Assembly: GCF_030028105.1 (NCBI RefSeq) | Contig: NC_092370.1 | Coordinates: forward strand, 176,090,647-176,154,646 | Origin: Mobula birostris | Lineage: Eukaryota | Reading direction: 5' to 3' | Length of the DNA stretch: 64,000 bases | Shown: positions 25,184 to 37,100 of the stretch, in pieces | Layout of the letters: each line of letters starts with the position of its first letter | How positions within the stretch are numbered: the stretch's first letter is position 1 | Translations under genes and position numbers: made by a program | Notes under the pieces: model-generated | Database searches by the model: none | The model's input: only the letters and a program-made list of their open reading frames with translations | What the model was told of the DNA's origin: nothing

Positions 25184-28100
25184 CTGCATGAGAAACAATG
25201 GATACAAGTGTCACATTTCAATGCAAGTGAACAACTGCAAGACTTTCACTAATCAACCAGTTGCTTCTACACATTGTTTCGTACCAGAGTTGTACACTTC
25301 TTCAGCAATATACATTCCTTCCCTGTAAGTTAGTCCTCCAATCACTGGAGTACCAGTAGCAGGAGCTAAAGATGGATCAATGGCATCGACATCAAAACTC
25401 AGGTGCAATGGTCTTTTCTTTCTATAAAGCAACATACAAGGTTAGATTCAGATTTATGTTTATCCATTAAATAAATCAAACTTTACTTTGAGATTTCAAA
25501 AGTCTAATTTACAAGCTGATCTATGAAGCAGGTTATTGCAGCCCATTATCTAAAATGGAGATTAAAATTTTGCTGATCGTAACTGATACATCTCCCTACC
25601 ACCCCCCCCATGAGAAAGTGGCTACATGAAGTTATTTTTATGACCCAAAATAAGGATACAAATAATCATTGATCATTGCTGGACAGTCAGTGTGAGCAAT
25701 ATTGTTCCGTTTAGTAGTTATTTAACTTACTTTCCAACTAGATAATCAAGTGTTTTTTCCATTACTTTCTGTATTCCAAGTTGATCCACTTCTTTCATTG
25801 AGAAGTACTGGATGCCAAAATTTTTCAGGATGTAGCTGATAGTAAGAAAAGCAATCATTACAATTTTTTCTTATTTGTTTGGGGTCAGTTTCAGGATCCA
25901 AGTAGTTCCATGTGAAGTTTATTGAATCAAGGACATTAAGATTTAAATACAATTTTGGGATTTCTAAATAGTGAAAGCTCAGAGGCCATAATTTCATATA
26001 TAATCATTACTTCTAAGTAATTATTTCCCAGCATTTACATCGATTATCACAGACAAATCATTTTTAGTTGCCACTGAGTACTTTCGCATTTGCATTTGCA
26101 TATCATGCAGCACTTTGAAATATAGTGTATACCATCATTTTTAGAAAATATTTATGGTGTAAATATTTAACAGTTAAACAAGCACATGCATCATTTAATC
26201 TGAATATCCACCACTTATATTGCAGTAACTATACGTGGCTTTTTTTGACCTCAAGCCTTGACCAATTAAGAGGAATTGTGGAACATCGTTCTCAAATTTA
26301 GCTGTCTGCAAAAATTTTTTTACAAGTCATGCCTGCAACCTAAAGGCACGGAAGTCAGGATCTTAACAAATGGACCACACAACAAAACAAATCTCAGTAT
26401 AGACAGTATCAAAACATCATCAACCAATGCCTTCCTCAAGCTTTCTCCAGAAACTTTCCCAATGGATCTGAACTAATCTACAGGACAAATGTTCAACCAA
26501 CTTCTCCTCCTCTCCAGAACCAATGTTGTTGAACTTCAGTCAGAGTTGCAGAACACTGAGGCAGAGCTTCAAATCCACTCATGTATACAGTGCAGGCCTT
26601 ACAAATAACATCTACAAAATATGGAGTAATTTAGCCCTGCTGCATGATACTGCTCAGCAATAAAGGCCTATGCCGAGAACCTGGAAAATGCAGACCACCA
26701 CCCCTAACTCAGGAACCACATCCCAATGAAGGCAATCATCATCACCTTCAAACTGCCAGCACAGATTTTTGCTGACTGAGGAAAGCACTGAAAGACCAAG
26801 ACCTCAAAGCTTATGGTAGTAGTAATCCTTGCTATCTTGTAAACCAGAGTCATGGACTACTTACAGCAAGAACCTAGAGATCCAAGAGAGTTACCATTAT
26901 CATCTCCACAACCTCTAGCAATGTATTTGGAGGATGAAGTAATCAATGTAAACATCCTCCTCTCAGTCATCAATTCAAAACACTGAGGCCCTAAGTGCAC
27001 AGACTGTACAGCCAACATTATTTTTATGTTGAACACAAGACTTTTGAAACACAGACTTATTAGAGCTCTATCTGGATACTATAAGAAACAAATAGAGGAC
27101 AGTATCAAAATCTGGAGAACATATCTGGACCAAGTTTTGGGATTCTATGGAACATGGCCAACCAAAATGAAAAAGGAGCATTCCAATTGGCATTCAGAAC
27201 TTTTAAGCCCATTCACTGGGAACAAACAAGTTCAGAATAATGAGGAAAGCAAAATTGCCTGATCAACCCACCAACCCCTCCATTAAGCATTCCTTGTTCC
27301 ACCTGTGGCAAAAAATTAGTGGGTCCCATATTGGCTTCATCACAGAAATGGAGTGGAAGCAAGTATACCTCTAAAGCAAGGGAGTACCTAAAAGGTTGAC
27401 AACAAACAGGACTGAATAAGGAATTTAAATAAATTTAAAATGAATGCAAGTGTCAAACTGTAATGCAATAAATGTTTGCATACAAATTTAACAGTATTTT
27501 TGCATCAAATTTACTTTCAGTTTAGCTTCACTGATTACAAATGGAGACGTTTGCCAGGTGTCTAAGGTGGTATTAATGTACTACAATTTTCACTTAAGTC
27601 AATTCTAGAAACCATTCTTACTATTCAGCAGGATCAACATCCCGTACTCCAATGTAAACCAAGTCCTTTGCTGATATACAAGGAGTGACCCAAGAAAATC
27701 CAGGGAGTGATGGGATCTAAAAGAAAAGCACAATTTGTAAAGTAAAAGGTATCTACTGGTAAAATATAGCTGCAGAAAACAATCTATTCCTAAGATGGAC
27801 AAATACATCATAATCCTACTAAACAAAATGGTTCATAACTGGTTTAATTCAAATATAGTTTTACCTTGTTCTGCAGCTCTTTTATAAGGAACGACACTGG
27901 CTGTCCATGCATATTTCCAGATGTGGTTGTAAGAGGTGTGTTTAGATCACAATGTGCGTCCACCCAAATGACACACAAATCTGGACGCTGTTGGGCATGC
28001 CCATGGACTGAACCAATTCCTAAACTGGTTAGGATAAGAAATTTTTAAAAATTACCAATCCACGTGCAATAGTTAAGTGTGTGTAAAAGTCAGACTATTA

Positions 28101-31100
28101 AAACTTAACTGCATGCTATCGACCTACCTATGATCTCCTCCAAGCATAACACTTATGTGACCATCCCTAACTGCCTGACTGACTGCTTCAGTTAATGACT
28201 GGTTTGCTAAACCCACTGTTCTTGGGTGGTGGATATTCTTATATGGTGTATCATTTGGTACAGTTGTGAAATTCAGGTTTCCATAGTCATGAAGGTTCCA
28301 ACCTGAAAATGAACATAGACTGATTAGAAATGGTACCATATCAAAACTCAAGTTCAAGTGTAAAGTATACTTATCTATGTAAACAGAATACAACTCTTGA
28401 GAATCATCCTCCCACAGGCAGCCGCTAAATAAAACCACCACCAACTGCAGATTAATTGCTAGATCAGTAACATTCCAAGTGTCCACAAGAGTCATGTAGG
28501 TGTCTGGAGAATGTTTTTCTGATGAAGGAGATTTGCCTTTTGTACTTGGTAACCTGTTAAGCTATTGAGTTGTTTTGTGTGGAAATCTACAACACAGATT
28601 TCAAACTACACCCATTAATTAGCTTTTTAGACTGCATGTTTCCCCCCAAAAGGGTTATCTGGAACAAGCCAATATAGTTTCAGAACTAAAGGGTTCCCCA
28701 ATTAATCTGTAAATCTTTGGGGTTCTTCATCCCCCAAATGGTTGAATATATTCAAGGCAGAGACTGATGGCTATTTAAACTATAATGGAGTGAAAGGAGT
28801 TGGGGAGACCAAGAAAGTGGTGTTGATGGTAAGAACGAATTAGTCATCATCTTACATAATAGGCTGATTGGCCACTTCCTGCTTCTAATTAATATAAACC
28901 TATTTACCTAGCCCCTTCCCAATGCCCATGGCAATGGGAGTTATTAATTTGACAAAGGTTCACAACACTGGTCATAAAGCTTGTGAGCTTCTTTCTGCTT
29001 CTTAAGTTATGTTGATCATTAAACCCGATGTTGGCAAATATTCTGCAACAACCCATGTTTACCACGTAGTGGTCAATGGAAAATTCTGACTCAAGTGAAA
29101 TCTTTAAAAGACAAACTGGACACTTAGAATTACATTTCATTCAGAGTTCATTCTAATATTTTTTAGAAGAGTTTTCATTATTATGAAATTTGGGGACAGT
29201 ATGTTGAATATTTGGCACTTATTGATTATTCACTGTCTGTATAATAATTGACAGATGGGTTACTATTTTAGTTGTGCAGAGCTGAGAACACCATGTTCAT
29301 GAGGAACAAGTTCCTAACACCAAATTACTGTTCAGCCAAAATGTTATTTTAATAATAACAACTATTGGGGATTCTGTGATGTTGGAATTTCACTCATTCA
29401 GGGATTTGAGGGAATCTGTCGTATTTCTAACTTACTTTCTGGATGAGAAAAGCTCTAGGAGGTTAGTAGTTATTCTGGGTTGTTGATAGAGGACTCAAGC
29501 TGCAAGATGCAGTGCTGTGCAAAAGTCTTATAGGCACTTAGCTTGGGTGCCCAAGACTTTTGCACAGTACTGTAGTAATTTTATGTATTGTACAATACTA
29601 CTGTTTTTTTAAAAAAAAACAAATTTCATGACACGTGAGTGATGATAAACCAGATTCTGATATGGGTCTCTACTGTGGACCGAGAGTGGGAAGGGGCAGG
29701 CAGAAGGGATGGAGTGGGAACCACCAGAGAGACATTCTGTAATGATCAATAAACCAATTGTTTGGAATCAAATAACATTGTCTGGTGTCTCAGGGCTGGG
29801 TGTGTCTGCACCCTCCCCCCAAGCACTCCTTCTCCAGTACTGCACGATTCTGCAGAAGGCAATTACAATAGTCTTCGTCTTCAAGGCCATTTGTGAAGAT
29901 GAGTTGACTGGGCTGGTTGTGCCTTTGTAATGCCTGGTACCAAAGCAAATAAAATTTACTCCTCCGAGCTTTATTACTGTATCCTTTTGATGCCAGTGGT
30001 GATCAACTAGACCTGGGCATTTTGGGGCAGGCGAGCATACTCTGGAATCCCAAACCAATTAGGGACAGCAGATTTTCTATTTTGAAGGCATTAGTGGATA
30101 CATTTTTTTTTAATGGGCCATTCTCCCTTTTTAAATAGTCTTTTTTTAAAACTCTGGATTTAATTAATGTGATAATCCTCACAATTGCTACGGTGGGATT
30201 GGTATATCAGCAGATTAGCCCAATACTAATCCAGTACCATAACTGCAGTATCTCAACACCAGCAATGGAATCTTTGTTCAATCATTTGGAATGCAAAGAG
30301 CCTATTCCCCAAAAGAAAAAAGAAGAAATAATGAAGCTGGGGGTGAGGGAAGGGAGGTAAAATAACTTTTAAAAAAAGCAAATTGTTCCAACTGTATTGT
30401 AACAGACACCAAGTTAAACAAAAAGACCAGGTTTCCGAATACGAGTCATGCGCACATTGGTAATGTGTTAAGGAATATAGGTAAACATGGGCCTGAAGTG
30501 ATTTATGCATGCACTGCATTGGACATTTCACATTTGTATTACAAAAATCATCTCTGGGACAGATTGTACTCAAACTAGGATCTAAAGCAAATGAGCGAAG
30601 AGACGCATGAAAACTTACTCACATTACACAACAATAAACCAAAGGATGTAATCTCAGAGAAAATGGTAAAATGCAAACAATAAAATAAATCAGGCAGACT
30701 ACAGTGTGCAGCTACACCAAGTAAGTTTTATTATTTTCTACCTCTTCCCTTCATTAACAAAAAGGCTCAGCAGAGGATGTGCTTCTTGCGGCTGTTGGTA
30801 AAGTTCCATCTTCCCCAGAACATACTGGTGCAATTCTACACTGCAATCATAGACAGCATCCACATAATCAGCCATTACTGTCTAGTTTGGTGCAGCATCC
30901 TCTCATAATACCAAAACTACAGTAAACTGTCAGAACAGCTTAGAATGTCATTGGCTACAGTATACCATCATGGCAGGACTCGTATGTATCGGGACAAAGA
31001 AGCCAGCAGAAAAAAATAGAGCAGACACTACTGACCCAGCAAGCTGCCTTTTCCAAAAGCTCCATTCTGGCAAGTGCTAGAGGGCCATTAAAGAAAAAAT

Positions 31101-34100
31101 TTACCAACTTAAAAGTTTCTTCCCCCCGGCCGTTAATCTGATTAACTATTCTAGTTAGCCACCACCCCCCCCCATTACCTCATTCACTAAACCACTTTTT
31201 ATAATGCTGTTTGCATTGCAAGTACACTTATGCACATTTTATTCCATACCCACACTTTTTAAAAAATATAATTCTTTGTTTAAATTGTTGAATGTTTTTG
31301 TTGTATATTGTGCCACCACAGTACACCAAATTCCCAATGCATGTAAATGTATATGGTGAAGTTGATCCTTGATTTCTTTAAAATGACACATTTCGCCACA
31401 TACACGTGGTAAATAAAGCCGGTCTCCAAGTAGGCATTGTAGTCAATGAGGATAATTTAGAAATGGAAAATAATTTATGATTCTGGAAGTTGTTACAGGA
31501 ATCACTTATGAAATATCAAAACATAATGTTGAAAATAAAACAGCCATGGCAAATAAAAAATGGTTTTAGTGTGGAATTTTTAAACCTGCATTGAGATCAA
31601 GGAATGAATTTCCAGGGTGCTCAGGATAGGTTTTTCCGCAACACTAGGTGCTAGATTCAGTAAGGAGATGGTCCATACTCGATTTAATATGCAACAAGCC
31701 AGATTTACTTTGACTGTATTTGTAATCATAATTTTAAAAGCTCAATGGTGTCAAAATTGAAGAAGGTTTGAAGGTAAAGCCTAAATGCATGCAATTAAGA
31801 CAAAACTGTTAATGATAAACACAACAAAAGCACAGTAAATTAATGGGGGCTGTTTAAAACAATGAATATGGAAAAGAAACATTTTATAAAAAGAACACGA
31901 ATTACATTTGTCCAAAGCACCACAAACAGCTTTGAACACTGACAAACCTATGTATCCTAGTGGACTAGAAAACAGAAAAAGCAAAGGTCCTCAAGATGTA
32001 ATTACACTTGTTTAATTTATAAACAGCTAAAACCAGGTTTGTGCCTTAATGTTATACTATCTTTCCTCACTGTTTAACTTTGGATTTCTAGGCACTAAAT
32101 TTCATTTGTATATTTAGCCAGCTGACGCCCTTGGCAATGTATTGTTATTCTCTTCAACGTTTTAGTCATCTGGAATTTGAATATTACCTTGCATGCTCAT
32201 GTTCAACTTGTGAACTTATTTACAAATAACAAAATTTTAAGTAAATTTCTTCTTGCTCCTAGCCCTGGGGACTATTGCCCATCATCCTCCAATATAAAAA
32301 TAAATGCTTTCCCCAACTCTTTGCATTCTTTATTCACACTATTTCTCTTCAAGCTGTCACTACTTTGATCAAAAGGTATGGTTCAAGAAGTGAATTTAAA
32401 AATACAGTTGTTCCTTTACATTAGTTTGTGAAACAATTTCTTAAAATACAGCGAGATGATATATATGCATTCCAGGAGTATGGTAGGCTCTTGTTTACAG
32501 CAATCTCCAATGAACTTCCTTTGGGAACTCAGAATATCTCTCATTCAAGACAAGTAACTGATTCATGTTAAGTTTCACCACAATTTCACTGTATCAGATC
32601 TTAAGTAATTTTCACTCCCATCTATTTTCTTCTGAGATTTTGGCAGCATCCTCTATTGGTCAAGACTGATACAAAATATTTCAGGCATTCTGCCTGATTG
32701 CATTGCTTACTTTAGTCCCTAGAACCATTCAACATCCCATCAACTACTCTCATCACCCACTTATTTGCCCACCCAAAAGTTATCCAGAACCATATAGTTC
32801 CCAAGCCAACAAACAAAAGATGTTGATTGTAGCACTGCAGCCACAATTGTAATCTTTTAAAATTCACTTCTTGAACTATTCCTTTTGATCAAAATTGTTC
32901 TCATCTGCATGGTTTTGTAGAGGTCAGCCATGCAGAATAAGCCTGTTGCCAATTACTTGGAGCCATACCTGAAGTAGGGAAATGTTTACTGATATTGCTA
33001 AAAAAATTGAAGCTCAGAAGGTAAATTATTAACACATTACAGAAGGTGGTTGAACTATAGCAACCAATGCAGATATTGGACATTTACTGACGATGGTACA
33101 ATATTAATGTCCGGTAGGAATCTGTGTTGGGGCTTAAACTATCCATTGAAGGTGGAATAGACTGTTAATTATGCATTCAAGCTTACTATGCAGCCAACAA
33201 AAAAATGTGCATCAATGCAAGGTGTGTGGATAGATGCACCAAAAACAGTAACTTAAACATATGAGCTAAACTCTCCAAAGGATTTCAATGCATTGAAGTG
33301 ATCAGAGAATTAGACGTCTCATAACTGAGATCAATTCTGGGAGTTACAACTTGGGAAGCATATTGGATTTGAGGGAATACAGTGTAGAAATATCAAAATA
33401 ACTGGACCCCCCCCCCCACCTTTTTACTGGGATATTCAGCACTATGGAGTGATCTAATCAAAGAAACCAAAGAACAAATCAGGCAAACGGGGGGGAAAAA
33501 AACTCTCCCTGGTCAATGAATCAAGGCCGCGACAGTCTAAGAGTCAGAAATGGGCATCTCAGCAGCAGTCAGAAAATGCGCTTACAAAGTATATGGTAGT
33601 TTGAACTCTTCTGCAGACAAAAAGATATGCTGCATCAACCATTAATTTTAGTCCAAATTTGATCAATTGTGAACCAAAATGTATTAAGTTTGGAGAAAGA
33701 TACATATACAGGTTTCCCCCGCCATCCGAAGGTACAGCGTTCCTATGAAACGGTTTGTAAGCTGGAATGTCGTAAAGTGAAGAAGCAATTACCATTTATA
33801 TGGGAAAAATTTGTGAGCATTCGCAGACCCAAAAAAATAACCTACCAAATCATGCCAAGTATCACATAAAACCTAAAATAACAGTAACATATAGTAAAAG
33901 CAGGAATGATATGATAAATACACAGTCTATATAAAGTAGAAATACTTTTCTACAAACATTGCTGCACTGTTCTCCGTAGCGAAAACCTCGCACAAGCGCT
34001 CTCGGCAGAAACACTCTCTCCAGTAACCTTTAAGCAATGAAGCTGCCAAATCATACCAAATAACACAAAAATACATAGCCTATATAAAGTAGAAATAATG

Positions 34101-37100
34101 TATGTACAGTTTAGTATCACTTACCGGAATCGGGAAGACAGCGAGCACACGGATGATGGTGTGTTAGGCTGAGTCGTCTGAGGTTGGGGTGGTGCAGTGG
34201 CCCCCACCCTCCAGGCCGCGGACCGATACCAATCCACGAAGCATGCAGTGGTGCAGCAGTAGCGGGGACGCACCCAACGCATCTTTAATTACAGAAAAGC
34301 CGAAATAAACAAGCTAATTAATTAGGTGCCGCCCAGCACGTAAATGTCGGCCCAGATCAGAGCTGACGCAATCGGCAATTGCCTCTGATCTGGGCCGACA
34401 TTTACCTGCCGGGCGGCACCTAATTAATTAGTTTATTTTGGCTTTTTTCTTAAAGATGTGTTGGGTGTGTCACAGCTACCACTGCATTCTCCACAGTAGT
34501 GTATCGGTCCACTTCTATGTCTTCTATGTCTGCCTGCCTTGATATCGAAGATCAAGGTTCGTTGTCTGCTGTGGAAGGCTTGAAAAACGACAGTATGCCT
34601 GACTGCTTAGCCTCACACATTTTTCTATCATACAGTTCTTTGTAAGCACTCAAACCATCTTGCAAATATGCCCTAAACCAACGTACCCTTTCAAAATTAA
34701 AGTTGTACTTTTCTGCAATCATTGCAGCGAAAATCTCATGCAGTTGCTTCACGTTCAGTTCCTGGACAACTTCACTTTCGGTCCATTCGGTTTCAATTGT
34801 TATCCTTTCCTCTTCGAATTGCATCAGCTCTTCATCCATCAGTTCTTGGTCATGGGCTGCCAAAACCTCTTCAACATCATCTTCGTCAACTTCCACAAGC
34901 CAAACTCACTTTGTCCTTACTTTGTTCACCACGGTCGAAACGCTTATTATGTCTAGTTTTTCACTAAGCGTAACACCCTTACGAGCTCTTTTAGGTTTTT
35001 CCGATACCTTAGAACTCACCTTGCTAACGGCTGCTCACAGGCACATGTTTAAGCAATGTCGGCTAGAATGCAGTTCCAGGGGAGCAGCTCAGCTGCTTGG
35101 GGCGCGCGCTCCCTTTTAGCGAGTGCTGCCTTTTTTCGTAACAGTGAAAACACCTTCTGTTAGCGAAAACAGGTAACTAACGTAAGTCAACACACATCAA
35201 AGTTGCTGGTGAACACAGCAGGCCAGGCAGCATCTCTAGGAAGAGGTACAGTTGACGTTTCAGGCCGAGACCCTTTGTTAGGACTAACTGAAGAAAGAGC
35301 TAGTAAGAGATTTAAAAGGGGGAGGGGGAGATCCAAAATGATAGGAGAAGACAGGAGGGGGCAGGATGGAGCCAATAGCTGGACAGGTGATTGGCAAAAT
35401 GGGTATGAGAGGATCATGGGACAGGAGGCCCAGGGAGAAGGAAAAGGAGGGGGGGGGGGGAAGGGGGGAAAAGCCCACAGGATGGGCAAGGGGTATAGTC
35501 AGAGGGACAGAGGGAGAAAAAGGAGATTGAGAGAAAGAAGGTGTGTATATAAATAACGGATGGGGTACGAGAGGGAGGTGGGGCATTAGCGGAAGTTAGA
35601 GAAGTCAATGTTCATGCCATCAGGTTGGAGGCTACCCAGACGGAATATAAGGTGTTGTTCCTCCAACCTGAGTGTGGCTTCATCTTTACAGTAGAGGAGG
35701 CCGTGGATAGACATGTCAGAATGGGAATGGGATGTGGAATTAAAATGTGTGGCCACTGGGAGATCCTGCTTTCTCTAGTGGACAGAGCGTAGGTGTTCAG
35801 CAAAATGCTCTCCCAGTCTGCGTCGGGTCTCGCCAATATATAGAAGGCCATATCGGGAGCACCGGACACAGTATATCACCCCAGTCGACTCACAGGTGAA
35901 ATTTCGCCTCACCTGGAAGGACTGTCTGGGGCCTTGAATGATGGTAAGGGAGGAAGTGTAAGGGCATGTGTAGCACTTGTTCTGCTTACAAGGATAAGTG
36001 CCAGGAGGGAGATCAGTGGGGAGGGATGGGGGTGGGGGACAAATGGACAAGGGAGACACGTAGGGAGCGATCCTTGCGGAAAGCGGGGGGGGGGGCAGGG
36101 AAAGATGTGTTTAGTGGTGGGATCCCGTTGGAGGTGGCGGAAGTTACAGAGAATAATATGTTGGACACGGAGGCTGGTGGGGTGGTAGGTGAGGACCAGG
36201 GGAACCCTATTTCTAGTGGGGTGGCGGGAGGATGGAGTGAGAGCAGATGTGCGTGAAATGGGGGAGATGCGTTTGAGAGCAGAGTTGATGGTGGAGGAAG
36301 GGCAGCTCCTTTCTTTAAAAAAGGAGGACCTCTCCCTTGTCCTGGAATGAAAAGCCTCATCCTGAGAGCAGATGCGGCGGAGACGGAGGAATTGCGAAAA
36401 GGGGATGGCATTTTTGCAAGAGACATGGTGAGAAGAGGAATAGTCCAGATAGCTGTGAGAGTCAGTACGCTTATAGTAGACATCTGTAGATAAGCTGTCT
36501 CCAGAGATAGAGACAGAAAGATCTAGAAAGGGGAGGGAGGTGTCGCAAATGGACCAGGTAAACTTGAGGGCAGGGTGAAAGTTGGAGGCAAAGTTAATAA
36601 AGTCAATGAGGATCTCCCAGTGGCCACACATTTTAATTCCACATCCCATTCCCATTCTGACATGTCTATCCACGGCCTCCTCTACTGTAAAGATGAAACT
36701 ACACTCAGGTTGGAGGAAAACCACCTTATATTCCGTCTGGGTAGCCTCCATCCTGATGGTATGAACATTGACTTCTCTAACTTCCACTAATGCCCCACCT
36801 CCCCCTCGTACCCCATCTGTTATTTATATACACACCTTCTTTCTCTCACTCTCCTCTTCTTCCCTCTGTCCCTCTGACTATACCCCTTGCCAATCCTGTG
36901 GGCTTTTCCCCCCTTTTCCCCCCTCCCCCTTTTCCTTCTCCCTGGGCCTCCTGTCCCATGATCCTCTCATATCCCTTTTGCCAATTACCTGTCTAGCTGT
37001 TGGCCCCTCCTGTCTTCTCCTATCATTTTGGATCTCCCCCTCCCCCTTTTAAATCTCTTACTAGCTCTTTCTTCAGTTAGTCCTGACGAAGGGTCTCGGC

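Noticed and set aside
35909-36787. 292-aa ORF as a novel protein
   Set aside because: It reads across the PLE inversion junction: antisense pLTR arm fused to a frameshifted RT fragment
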